A stretch of DNA of 64,000 nucleotides, from positions 531,683 through 595,682 of the forward strand of contig CAVVML010000018.1 of NCBI GenBank assembly GCA_963749265.1, in the 5' to 3' direction. The position numbers and the translations under genes are program-made. Position 1 is the first letter of the stretch, and the number at the start of each line of letters is the position of its first letter. The notes under the pieces are model-generated. The model did no database searches, had not been told where the DNA came from, and worked only from the letters and a program-made list of their open reading frames with translations. The stretch comes from an uncultured Acidobacteriota bacterium (GTDB taxonomy: Bacteria > Acidobacteriota > Thermoanaerobaculia > UBA5066 > Gp7-AA6). This document shows, in pieces, positions 11,045 to 25,538 of the stretch.

Positions 11045-11947
11045 TGATACCAAAAAGGGCCGTTAGACTCCGCGCCGTGGCGGCAGAGATTCTCGACTCG
11101 CGACTCGCGCTCGCCGGAGCGGGCCGCGCGGGCCGCGCTTTCGCGCGCTCCTGGCTCGGCGCGGGAGGCCGCATCGCCTTTCTCATCGTGCGGGATGGGG
11201 CGTCGACCGCCGCTCGGCCCGCCGAGCTCGCGGACATCCCGGCCGTGGACTCCAGCGAAGCGGGCTCGACGCCCGAGACCCGCAACTGCGACGTTCTCAT
11301 CCTCGCGGTCTCGGACGACGCCATCGCGACGCGTCGGCGAAGCCCTCGCCTCCCGGCTGTCGTGCCGGGTGGCCCTGCATCTCTCCGGAGCTCTTTCGAG
11401 CGGAGTCCTCGCTCCCCTGGCCCGTCGAGGTGCCGCCGTGGGCTCGCTCCACCCCGTCCGGCCTTTCACCGGGGAAAGCAACGAGGACTGGAGCGGCGCC
11501 TTCGTCGCCGTCGAGGGCGACTCGCTCGCCGCGGAAACCGCCTCGGCGATCGCCCGCGCCGTCGGGGCGCGCCCCCACGCCCTCTCGCCGGAGGCGAAGC
11601 CGCTGTATCACGCCGCCGCGTCGCTCGCCGCCGGCGGCGCCGCCGCCGTCGTCTCGGTCGCCGTGGAAGCCTGGATCGCCGCGGGCGTGCCCGCCGACAC
11701 GGCCCGCGAGGTGCTTTCGGGCCTCGCGGAGCGCGCGGTGGCCGCGGCGGGCAAGCTTCCCTTCCACGAAGCGTTCACCGGAGCGGTCGCGCGCCGCGAC
11801 GTCGGCACTGTGCGCGCGCACACCGACGCGCTCTCGCCCCACCCCGAAGCATTCGCGCTCTATCGCGCGCTCGCGGAAGAAATCCTGCGGCGCACGCAAG
11901 GCCGAGGGAAGGAAGACGAGATCCGCGGAATCCTGACGCGAGGCTGA
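11044..11947 (+). CDS. DUF2520 / Rossmann-fold NADP oxidoreductase-like protein. There is one frameshift near 11333.
   Basis: Frame 1 reads MIPKRAVRLRAVAAEILDSRLALAGAGRAGRAFARSWLGAGGRIAFLI...LILAVSDDAIAT. Frame 2 continues VGEALASRLSCRVALHLSGALSSGVLAPLARRGAAVGSLHPVRPFTG...DALSPHPEAFALYRALAEEILRR. This N-terminal dinucleotide-binding domain plus C-terminal region is the DUF2520 pattern. The ATG at 11044 overlaps the CIRCE half-site; an alternative GTG is at ~11079. Confidence 0.6.
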
Positions 11948-12102
11948 GCGCGGACGATCCGACGATCCTTCCATCCTTCCATCTTCATCCTCCAAGCTTC
12001 ATCCGAGCTGCGGGGTGCCCGTAACCCTCTCCAGGTGCTACAATTTGCGCAGCCCGTCGCAACGCCCCGCTTCGCGCGCGGCGCGCCCGGGCTCAGAAAG
12101 TC

Positions 12103-13502
12103 ATGGTTTTTTTCAACTACGCCACGATGCAGATGGCGGCCAAGGTCGTTTACTACGGCCCGGGCCTGTGCGGGAAGACGACCAACCTGCACCACATTTA
12201 CGGACGCACCGCGCCCGGCTCGCGCGGCGAGATGGTGTCGCTGGAAACCGAGACCGATCGGACGCTCTTCTTCGACCTGCTGCCCCTCGACGTCGGCGTG
12301 ATCGGGGGCTTCAAGACGCGGGTCCAGCTCTACACGGTCCCCGGCCAGGTCTTCTACAACACGACGCGAAAGCTCGTGCTCAAAGGCGTCGACGGCATCG
12401 TGTTCGTGGCCGACTCCCAGCGCGCGATGCAGGACGCCAACGTCGAGTCCCTCGCGAATCTCAAGACGAACCTCGCCGAGATCGGCGTGAAGCTCGACGA
12501 GATTCCGCTCGTGCTCCAGTACAACAAGCGCGACCTCGCCAACATCCTCTCGCTCGCGGAGCTCGAAGACAGCCTGAATCCGGAGAAACTTTTCGAGAGC
12601 TACGAAGCCTGCGCCGTTCTCGGTCAGGGCGTCTTCGAAACTCTCAAGGCGATCTCCCGCCTCACGCTGCGTTCGCTCAAGAAGAGAATGCTCGGGGAGG
12701 AGAAAGTCGCCCGTGTCGGCGCCAGGCCGGCGGCTCCCGCGGCCAAGCCTGCAGCCGCTGCGGCGGCCGCGGCCTCCGCTCCCGCCGCGCCGCCGAAGAC
12801 CGCGCCGAAGGCCGCCGCCAAACCGGCGGCGCCGCCTCCCCCGCCACCCGCCGACGATCTGCAGGACGCGCTGGACGTCGACCCTGGCACGTTCTCCGAG
12901 AAGGCTCCGGCTCCGGTGCGCGCCTACGAGCTCAACCAGCCCCGCCTTCGACCTTCGACGGCTCGGACCAGGAGACGGTCCAGGAGTTCGAGCAGGCCCT
13001 GGATTCGCTCGACGCGCCGCTGCCCGAAGCGGCGCCGGCGCCGGCGGCCGCCTCCGCGGCTCCTCCGGCGGAAGGCGAGATCACCGACGTGTCCTTCGCC
13101 GAGGCGGCGCAACCGGAGCCCGAGAAAGCGATTACCGAAGAGGTGCGGCACGTCAAGGTCCGCTCCAACCTCGACATCCTCGCGGAGCTCGATCGTCTGC
13201 GGAAGACATCGACCTCCACCGCGCCGGAACCCGAGAAGCCGCGCCGTCCCGCCACCGGCATTTCGGTCGACGATCTGCTGGCGTCGAGCCTCAATCACCG
13301 CAAGGAAATCAGCAAGGTCTTCGAGGTCCAGGTGCCGCGCCGTCAGCTCACGCAGGGGCACCAGGTCACCGTCGGGTTGCGATTCGAGGATCAGCAGGGC
13401 AAGGAAGTCGGCGAGGGACAGTCCTTCTCGATCGAGCTCCAGTCGCGCAGCGACATCGAGCGCCTGCTGCTCTCGCTCAAATTCCACATCCTGGGAAAGT
13501 GA
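12103..13502 (+). CDS. MglA-like Ras-family small GTPase (residues 1-~195) fused, through one apparent frameshift near 12945, to an Ala/Pro-rich linker and a ~180-aa C-terminal domain of unknown family.
   Basis: MVFFNYATMQMAAKVVYYGPGLCGKTTNLHHIYGRTAPGSRGEMVSLETETDRTLFFDLLPLDVGVIGGFKTRVQLYTVPGQVFYNTTRKLVLKGVDGIVFVADSQ...PLVLQYNKRDL is near-colinear with Myxococcus MglA (P-loop, switch I TDRTLFFD, TVPGQ, NKRDL). No stop follows the GTPase domain. Instead the ORF runs through PAAPAAKPAAAAAAAASAPAAPPKTAPKAAAKPAAPPPPPP. After a +2 frame change it continues as STFDGSDQETVQEFEQALDSLDAP...VRHVKVRSNLDILAELDRLRK...FEVQVPRRQLTQGHQVTVGLRFEDQQGKEVGEGQSFSIELQSRSDIERLLLSLKFHILGK. A candidate -10 TACAAT is at 12039-12044. 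Confidence 0.7.
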
Positions 13503-13512
13503 CGCGCGCCCG

Positions 13513-13640
13513 CGCTTGCGCGCGACGCGGTCATCCCGAGGAGCGCAAGCGACGAGGGATCCCGTCCGATCCCGGTCAACTGATCACCGCGCGCTTGCGC
13601 GGCGCACGTCATCCCGAGGGCGCAGCGACGAGGGATCCCG
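13513..13640. repeat. Two ~50-bp imperfect direct repeats (period 80 bp) in the intergenic region downstream of the MglA-fusion gene.
   Basis: Copy A is 13513-13564 (cgcttgcgcgcgacgcggtcatcccgaggagcgcaagcgacgagggatcccg). Copy B is 13593-13640 (cgcttgcgcggcgcacgtcatcccgagggcgcagcgacgagggatcccg). They are ~85% identical, GC-rich, non-coding, and contain internal self-complementary CGCGCG segments. Confidence 0.7.
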
Positions 13641-13733
13641 AACTCCTGTCATCGCCGCGACTCTGTCCTCTCTTCGCCACACTGTACGGAAAAGCCTTTG
13701 CAATCCCGCGGAGGCCAGGTCTAACCTTCTCCC

Positions 13734-15384
13734 ATGCGATCGATCCAGGGGATCGCGCGGCTGGGCATTGCCGTGCTCACGGCAGGCGTTGCGGCCTGCG
13801 CGTCGGCTCCCAAGCAGTCCGCGGCGCACGTCGGCTCCCCCGCCCGCCGTTCCGACCGCGGACGAGCGCGCGATCGCCGCCGCCTCGGCCGAGTTCGATC
13901 TCGGCCGCGAAGCCGCCCTCGCCGGCGATTTCGTCTGCGCGCGGTATCGCTTCAGCCGGGCCATCGACACGGTGCGACCGCCGACGGGCCCGCCGCCTTC
14001 GGACTCCGTCGAGTCTTTTTCGTTCGAGATGTACGAAGGCATCCAGCGGTACGAAGCGCTCGCCGGGCCGACCGAGGAAGCCGGGACCTCGAGCGGACGA
14101 GATCGACCCCGAGATCGAAGCGCAGATCGAGGCTCCGGAAACCAACCCCGAGGCGATCGCCACGGCGCGCGAGGCCGTGGCCTCCGATCGCCCGGCCGCG
14201 GTGCCGGATGTCCCGATCGTCGTCAACGACTCCGTCCTGCGCGTGATCGCGGCATTCCAGAGCGACGCCCTGCACGACAAGATCCAGGCGGGCCTGGTCC
14301 GTTCGGGCCGCTATCTCCCCATGATCCACCAGGTCTTCGCCGAGGAGGGGCTGCCGCAGGACCTCGCGATGATCGCGTTCATCGAATCCTCGTTCCTGCC
14401 TCTCGCCCGCTCGAACAAGATGGCGCATGGCATCTGGCAGTTCATGCCGCGCACGGGGCGCCAGTACGGCCTCCGGTCGAACGGGCTCGTCGACGAGAGG
14501 CGCGATTTCGAAAAGTCGACCCGCGCGGCCGCGCGTTACCTCGCGTACCTGAACGAGATCTTCGGAGACTGGTATCTCGCGATGGCGGCGTACAACGCGG
14601 GCGAGGGCAAGATCCTGCGCGCCATGAACCGCACCGGCGCCCGCGACTTCTGGCACCTCGCCTCGACCAACGCCATCCGGAAGCAGACCAAGAACTACGT
14701 GCCCGCCTTCCTCGCCTCGGTCCTCATCTCCAAGAACCCGTCGCACTACGGGTTCGTGGTCGTTCGCGGATGCGCCGCTCGAGTTCGACACGGTCCGCCT
14801 GGAGCGTTCGATCAGCCTCGAGGACCTTTCGAAGGCGTCGCAGTTTCCGCTCGAGGACCTCCAGTCGCTCAACCCCGAGCTGCTGACTCTGGTCACGCCG
14901 CAGCAGCCCGAGGGTTACGACCTCCGGATTCCGGACGGGACGCTCGAGACGCTATCGCTCGTCGTCGCCGCCGTTCCCACGACGCGCCCGCCGGAGTTCA
15001 AGACGCACGTCGCGAAGAAGGGCGACACGCTTCCCAAGCTCGCCCGACGCTACGGCGTGACGGTCTCCTCTCTGGCGTCGGCGAACTCGCTCTCGACACG
15101 CGCACGGCTGTCCCGCGGCCAGGAAATCATGGTTCCCGAGAAGGCCAGGAAGACCGCGAAGGCCTCGACTCCCAAAGTCGCCGTCGCGAAGTCGAAGAAG
15201 ACGACGAAGTCCGCACCCCCGGCGCCGGCGGCCGCGAAGAGCTACCGCGTGAAGACCGGGGACACCCTCTACCAGATCGCCCTCCGGCACGGAACGACCG
15301 TGGCCGAGATCCTGGCCATCAACGGCCTCGGCGGCTCCGGGCTGATCAAGCCGGGGGACAAGCTCAAGATCCCGGCGCAAGTGA
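13734..15384 (+). CDS. mltD: Membrane-bound lytic murein transglycosylase D-like lipoprotein (SLT domain plus two LysM domains). There are at least three frameshifts and the 3' end is uncertain.
   Basis: Lipoprotein signal MRSIQGIARLGIAVLTAGVAAC. An SLT catalytic core IAFIESSFLPLARSNKMAHGIWQFMPRTGRQYGL...MAAYNAGEGKI lies in another frame. LysM repeats KKGDTLPKLARRYGVTVSSLASANSL and YRVKTGDTLYQIALRHGTTVAEILAINGL are in a third frame. The frame changes are near 13840, 14090 and 14760. Confidence 0.8.
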
Positions 15385-15530
15385 CCGTGCAGCGGCGCTT
15401 GGCGGCCGCAGCGGTCAGCCCGAGGCCCGCAGCGCCGAGGGATCCCGTCACTCTCGCCTCTCCTCTCCTGCTACCATGCCCCCGTCCTCGTCCTCATCCG
15501 ATCAGGCCTCCTCGGCCCCGAGGAGGTGGC

Positions 15531-17068
15531 ATGCTCACCCGGATCCACTCCGCCGCGACTCTCGGCCTCGAAGCGCGTGTGCTCGACATCGAGGTCGACG
15601 CCTCGGGCGGTTTCCCCCGCTTCACGATCGTCGGACTCCCCGACGCCGCCGTCCGCGAAGCCCGAGAGCGCGTCCGCTCCGCCCTGAAGAACTCGGGCTT
15701 CGCGTTTCCATCGGGGACGGTCACGGTCAACCTGGCCCCGGCGGACTTTCGAAAATCCGGCGCCGCGCTCGATCTGCCGGTCGCCCTGGGCCTCGCCGCG
15801 CTCGGAGGTGACGCTTCCGCCGGCCGCCGAGTCATCGTCGGAGAGCTCGGGCTCGGCGGCGAGGTCCGGCCGATTCGCGGTGCGCTGTGCCTCGCGCTCG
15901 CCGCCCGGGACGCCGGGTTCCCCGAGATCGTGCTGCCCGCGGCGAGCGCCCGCGAGGCCGCTGCGGTCGACGGGATTCGGGTCATCCCCGTACCGCACCT
16001 CACGGACGCCGCGGGGCATCTCTTCGGGGGACGCACGGTCGCGCCCCTGGCGCGGACGGACGCCGAAGCCTCGCCCGTCGACGCCCCCACCCGACTTCTC
16101 GGATCTGCGCGGCCAGCTCGTGGCGCGCCGCGCCGCCGAGATCGCGGCGGCGGGAGGGCATCACCTGCTCCTGACCGGACCGCCGGGCGCCGGCAAGACG
16201 ATGCTCGCGCGACGCCTGCCCGGGATCCTCGCTCCACTCACCGACGGCGAGGCGCTCGAGGTCACGCGGGTGCATTCGGTCGCGGGCACGCTTCCCGACC
16301 GGAGCGGGGCTCATCCGCACGCCTCCGTTCCGCGCGCCGCACCACGGGATCTCGGCGCCCGGCCTCGTCGGCGGAGGAGCGCGGCCGGTGCCCGGCGAGA
16401 TGTCGCTCGCGCACCGCGGAGCGCTTTTTCTCGACGAGATCGCCGAGTTCCGCCGAGACGCCCTGGAGGCGATTCGACAGCCGCTCGAGGAACGCGCGAT
16501 CACCGTCGTGCGCGTGGGCGGAGCGTGCGTCTTCCCCTGCGACGTCCTCCTCGTCGCCGCCATGAATCCCTGTCCCTGCGGTTTCGCCGGAGATCCGCGT
16601 CGGTCGTGCGCGTGCGATCCGCGCGAGCGCTCGCGCTACGCGCGCAAGCTCTCGGGCCCGTTTCTCGACCGGATCGACCTGCACGTCGTGATGCGCGATC
16701 TCCCGTGGCCGGAGCTCCGCGGCTCCGCGGGGGCCGAGGCCTCCGCCGCGATCCGGGCCCGCGTGGAAGCCGCGCGCATGTGCGCGGCGTCACGCCGACC
16801 CGGGAGGGCGGGCTTCCGCAACGGGGATCTCACTGCACAGGAGCTTGTGCAGCATTGCCCTCTCGACGGCGCGGGCGTTCGCGTTCTCGAGACGGCCGTC
16901 GCGCGCCTGCACCTGTCGGCGCGGGCGATCCATCGGGCTCTGCGCGTCGCGCGTACGATCGCCGATCTCGCGAAGAGCGAGAGGGTCCTTCCGTCACACC
17001 TGTCCGAATCGCTGTCCTTTCGCCCGACGCCGACCTCGCCGATTTCCTGCCCGATCGAGCAGGGTTGA
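15531..17068 (+). CDS. comM: YifB/ComM-family Mg-chelatase-like AAA+ ATPase. There are two frameshifts, near 16085 and 16310.
   Basis: [77 protein letters not shown], then [25 protein letters not shown], then ...[31 protein letters not shown]...[10 protein letters not shown]...LDRIDLHVV, spread over three frames. The RBS is GAGGAGG before the ATG at 15531. Confidence 0.88.
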
Positions 17069-17199
17069 CAGCCTCGGGAGCGGCCCATACGATCGATGTC
17101 AACCAGATCCGGGGCGTCGACTCCGGTCCAGACTCTCGAACCGAGCTCGTGCAGGCGTACACGGGAGAGGCCTGCGCAGACCCGGGTAGGAGGAAACCG

Positions 17200-18042
17200 G
17201 TGAAGTACAACACGATCATTTTCGTGCCGCATGCGCGGGCGCGATTCCGCAAGCTCACGATCTCGTCCCGGTTCCTCGGGCTCGCCGCCGCTTCGATCGC
17301 GGTCGTCCTCCTGGCCGCCGTCGCCTTCGCCTGGGCCTTCTTCGCGTCGGCTCGACAGCGACCGCGAGTACCGCTTCGCCCTCGCCGAGAACGCGCGCCT
17401 CCGCTCGACGACCGCCGATCTCCACCAGCGTCTCGACGGCATCTCCAAGCGCATGTCCGATTTCGAGGCCCGCACCCGCCGCCTCGCGATCGTGGCGGGC
17501 CTGACCGACTCGGCGCGGCAGGGCGTCGGCGGACCGGGGCTCGCCCCCGAGACCGCGGCCGACTTCGGCAACCAGAGCTCTCTGCTCGACACGCGACTGT
17601 CGCTTCTCGAGAAGCAGTTCTCCCGCCGTTCGGCCCAGATCGCCTCCACGCCCACGGTATGGCCCGTCCGGGGAGCCGTGAGCTCGGGCTACGGCCTCCG
17701 CAGCGACCCGTTCACGGGAGGCTCGTCGTCGCACGAAGGCATCGACATCTCGACGTCCCGCGGCGAGCCCGTGCTCGCCACGGCGGACGGCACCGTGCTG
17801 CTCTCCGGGTGGGCCGGCGAGTACGGACGCGCGATCGAGATCGTGCACAACGACCGCTACGTCACCCTCTACGGCCACCTCCAGGAGACGCTCGTCGAGC
17901 AGGGGCAGGTCATCCGCCGGGGCGATCGGGTGGGTCTCGTCGGCTCGACCGGGCCGCTCGACCGCGCCGCATCTCCACTACGAGGTCCGCGTCGACGGCC
18001 GGCCGGTCAACCCGCTGGAGTACATACTCGAAGGCCGGTAAA
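17200..18042 (+). CDS. M23-family peptidoglycan DD-metalloendopeptidase. There are two frameshifts, near 17345 and 17950.
   Basis: The RBS GGAGGA precedes a GTG start at 17200. The protein has an N-terminal TM segment, a coiled-coil region, and the LytM core [31 protein letters not shown]...[20 protein letters not shown]...[11 protein letters not shown]. The core resumes in another frame as [28 protein letters not shown] and ends at the taa at 18040. Confidence 0.85.
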
Positions 18043-18159
18043 CCTCACCCGGACTCTTCCTTCGAGTCCCCTCCCGCCTCGACCCCGGGTCATCCCGCCC
18101 CTATCGAAACCCGGGAATCCGAAATAAACTCCCGCCCTTCAGATGTTAACCGCCCAAAT

Positions 18160-22508
<4,349 letters not shown>

Positions 22509-22600
22509 GGTTGAGGGAGTCGAGATGTTGAAGCGTTGAACATGTCTGAACGGGCGAACCGACACTCACCCTTCAACCTTCAACTCTTCGACTTTCAACT
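22509..22600. terminator. Long imperfect hairpin built from GTTGAR hexamers. It fills the gap between convergent guaB and rarA and is a candidate bidirectional terminator.
   Basis: The left arm ggttgagggagtcgagatgttgaagcgttgaa (22509-22540) is complementary to the right arm ccttcaaccttcaactcttcgactttcaac (22571-22600). The loop is ~28 nt. A T-rich tract (ttttcttcttcc) follows on the plus strand. The right arm overlaps the rarA stop codon. Confidence 0.6.
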
Positions 22601-23988
22601 TTTCTTCTTCCGCTTCTCCTTCGCCTCGGCGTCCTTGGCCCACTTCTCCTGGCGAAGCTTCAGCACGGCCTCGAGACGCTTCGAAAGCTGCTCTTCCTCG
22701 CCGGAGGCCCGAGGCCGGTAGTACCGGCGGCCGCGAAGCCGATCCGGCAGGCATTCGATGCCGCCCACGCCCTCGGGCTCGGCGGGAGCGTAGCGGTAGC
22801 CCTGGCCGTACCCGACCTCGCGCATGAGCTTCGTCACGGCATTGCGGATGACCGCCGGCACCGGCTCGGCGGGCTTTTCGGCGACGTCGCGCTTGGCCTC
22901 TCCCTCCGCTTCGTAGAGGGCGTTCGACTTCGGCGCCAGGGCGCAATAGACGGCGGCTTCGGCCAGGGCGAGCGAGCCCTCCGGCATTCCCAGGAAGTCG
23001 TAGGCGTCCTTGGCGTCGAGCGCGATGCGCAGCGCCCGCGGGTCCGCGAGGCCCACGTCCTCCGAGGCGAACCTCACGATGCGCCGGGCGACGTACAGCG
23101 GATCCTCCCCCGCCTCCAGCATCCGCACGAGCCAGTAGATCGTGGCGTCGGGGTCGGACTCGCGCATGGACTTGTGCAGGGCGGAGATGAGGTTGTAGTG
23201 CTCCTCGCCCGCCTTGTCGTAGAGGAGGACCTTGCGCTGCAGCAGGTCCCGCAGGCGCGCCACGTCGATGGTCTTCGTGCGCGAGGCCTCCCCGTCGGCC
23301 CCCGCGGCTTCCAGCAGGTTCAGCGCCCGGCGCGCGTCGCCGCCGGAAGCCTGGGCGATGAAGGAGAGGGCCTCGTCGTCGAGCCGGAAGTCGCGGGCGC
23401 CCAGGCCGCGGTCGATGTCCTGGAGGGCCCGCCCGACGATCCGGGCGATCGCCTCCGGCGCGAGGGGCTCGAGGACCACGACCTTGCAGCGGGACAGAAG
23501 CGCGCCGTTGAGCTCGAACGACGGATTCTCGGTGGTCGCGCCGATCAGCACGATGTCTCCCGACTCGACGTAGGGCAGAAACACGTCCTGCTGCGAGCGA
23601 TTGAACCGGTGGATCTCGTCGAGAAACAGGATGGTCCGCTTGCGGGAGCGGAGGCGCTTCGCCTCCTCGAGGACCTCCCGCATCTCCTTCACGCCCGTGG
23701 CCACGGCCGAGTAGGACACGAAGTGCGAGGAGGTCTGGGACGCGATCAGCCGCGCCAGCGTCGTCTTGCCGACGCCGGGCGGACCCCAGAGGATGAGCGA
23801 TGGGACGCGGTCCTCGGCGATGGCCCGCCGGAGAAACCCGTTGCGCGCCGACGACTTCCGTCGGGCCCCTCGACCTCGTCGAGAGAGCGCGGACGCATCC
23901 GATCGGCGAGCGGCGCGGTCGACGACAGAGCGCCGCCGCCCGCCGGTCCGGGCTCGGGCGCCTCCCCTTCGAAGAGGTCGCGCGTCAT
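22595..23988 (-). CDS. rarA: Replication-associated recombination protein A (RarA/MgsA AAA+ ATPase). There is one frameshift near 23840.
   Basis: MTRDLFEGE...PLADRMRPRSLDEV in one frame. Then LRRAIAEDRVPSLILWGPPGVGKTTLARLIA...ILFLDEIHRFNRSQQD...GATTENPSFELNGALLSRC...NALYEAEGEAKRD in the frame of the long ORF 22595..24829. Confidence 0.9.
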
Positions 23989-24829
23989 GGAGCGGCCTCG
24001 AGCGAGCGGCGACAGTTCTCGGAGCAGACCGCGAAGGGTCTCGCCGCCGCGCCGCACCGGCAGGGCGAGACGGCGATCGATCCAGGTGCCGCACACGGGA
24101 TCCCGAACCATGTCTCCCTCGCGCACCGGGGGAGCGGGCGGCCGCCCGGGAGCGCTGCCGCGGCGCACGGCCTCGAAGAAAATCCGGAGACCCCGAAGCA
24201 CGGTCAGGAACGCGAAGAGCGCGAAGACGAGAAGGACGGCCCGGGCCATGGCGTCCAGCCCGCGCGAAGTGCCGGAGATCTGGGACTGGATGCGGTCGAG
24301 CTGCGGGATCTCGGGATTCCGCCGCTGGAGCTCGTCGAAGAGCCTCTGGGCCTCGGCCGGATTGCGCCGATCGAAGGCTTCCACGAGCACCCAGTTCAAG
24401 CAGACTCTGCCAGTGCTCCGGGTCCGCGTCGCGCGCCTTCTTGAAATAGGCCACCGCGAGCTCGAACTCACCGGCGTTGCGGTGCGCCGCGCCCAGATCC
24501 GAAAGCAGGTTCGGGTCGTTCGGGGCCTTGCGTCTCGCCTTCTCGTAGGCCGCGATCGCGCCGTCCCAATCGTCGCGGTCGTAGCGGTAGTTGCCGAGGG
24601 CGATCAGCAGCGCCGGGTTCTCGGGATCGCGGTCGACCGCGCGCGTCAGCTCCGCGAGGCGCGCATCGCCGCCCCCGGTCTCCCGACCGGAGGCCGATCC
24701 GGCGCTCTCGCTCGCCGGCCGTCCTCCGCCGCCCGCGAAGTAGCCCGCCGAAAAGCCGACCAGGCCGCCGACGAGGAGGGCCAGCACGATTCTCGGAGCG
24801 GCGGATCTTGCGGACTTCTCAGCGACCAC
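23989..24829 (-). CDS. TPR-repeat membrane protein (N-terminal TM helix, TPR region, second TM helix, DPVCG-containing tail). It is frameshifted near 24440 and its C-terminus is uncertain; it runs in frame into rarA with no intervening stop.
   Basis: MVAEKSARSAAPRIVLALLVGGLVGFSAGYFAG...DPENPALLIALGNYRYDRDDWDGAIAAYEKARRKAPNDPNLLSDLGAAHRNAGEFELAVAYFKKARDADPEHWQSLL continues in another frame as NWVLVEAFDRRNPAEAQRLFDELQRRNPEIPQL...AMARAVLLVFALFAFLTVL...DMVRDPVCGTWID. Confidence 0.45.
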
Positions 24830-24841
24830 GCGGGCATTCTC

Positions 24842-24874
24842 TCAGAAACGAAACGGGGCGGCTTTCGCCGCCCC
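24842..24874 (-). terminator. Rho-independent terminator downstream of carD.
   Basis: GGGGCGGC-tttc-GCCGCCCC (24855-24874) is a perfect 8-bp GC stem. On the minus strand it is followed by GUUUCGUUUCU. It lies 27 bp after the carD stop. Confidence 0.8.
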
Positions 24875-24900
24875 GTGAAAAACTCCGAAGGGAAACCGAC

Positions 24901-25458
24901 TCAGTGCGAGGCCGCCCGGAGCACCGTGCCGCCCGTCGCGCGGGACACGGCCGCCGCCCGGCTCGAGGCCGAACGGGCGAGCGCCTTGTCGACCTGGCGC
25001 TCCACTTCCTTCTCGTCGAGGCTGTTGATCACCGCGATCTCGGACACGATGAGGTACTTCGCGCGCTCGTACATCTTCTTCTCGCGGAACGAGAGCGTCT
25101 TGCGCGACGAGATGTAGTTGAGCGTCTTCAGAACGTCCGCGATGGCGTGCAGCTCCCCCGACTTCATCTTGTCGAGGTTCTGCTTGTAGCGACCCTTCCA
25201 GTCCCCGGTCGCCGAGAAGCGGCCGTCGCCCAGAGTCTTCATCAGGCCTGTGATGTCCTTGCGCTGGGTCAACCGGCGCAGGCCGATCAGACTCGTGTTG
25301 CCGACGGGGACCATGACCCGGGAATTGTTGGACAGGAGACGGAGATGATAGAAGCTCCGCGGGGCCACCGGCTCCGTCGCGAACCCCTCGCCGATCTTTT
25401 CGACGACCGAGACCCCGTGGTTGGGGTACACGATCTTCTCTCCCACCTTAAATCCCAC
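24901..25458 (-). CDS. carD: CarD/CdnL-family RNA polymerase-binding transcription factor. The probable start is a GTG.
   Basis: VGFKVGEKIVYPNHGVSVVEKIGEGFATEPVAPRSFYHLRLLSNNSRVMVPVGNTSLIGLRRLTQRKDI matches the CdnL N-terminal RNAP-interacting domain. An RBS GAGGAGG lies 7 nt before the GTG at 25456-25458. Confidence 0.85.
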   Translation of the reverse strand: MGFKVGEKIVYPNHGVSVVEKIGEGFATEPVAPRSFYHLRLLSNNSRVMVPVGNTSLIGLRRLTQRKDITGLMKTLGDGRFSATGDWKGRYKQNLDKMKSGELHAIADVLKTLNYISSRKTLSFREKKMYERAKYLIVSEIAVINSLDEKEVERQVDKALARSASSRAAAVSRATGGTVLRAASH

Positions 25459-25509
25459 TCGCGCCTCCTCGAAAAGTAGATGAAAAAGATCTGATACTGG
25501 GAACCGCGG

Positions 25510-25538
25510 ATTATAGGCAAAACGCGCGAGAAACTCAA
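25510..25538 (-). promoter_or_regulatory. Near-consensus sigma70-type promoter for carD.
   Basis: The minus strand reads TTGAGT-ttctcgcgcgttttgcc-TATAAT (17-nt spacer). It sits inside a ~230-bp lower-GC intergenic region. The inferred 5' UTR is ~45 nt. Confidence 0.6.

Noticed and set aside
12015-13502. ORF 12015..13502 (495 aa), taken at face value as a separate protein overlapping mglA.
   Set aside because: Upstream of ~12950 its translation is Arg-rich junk out of frame with the MglA domain. Only its last ~180 aa look protein-like. Those residues are better explained as the C-terminal part of the MglA-fusion protein after a frameshift.
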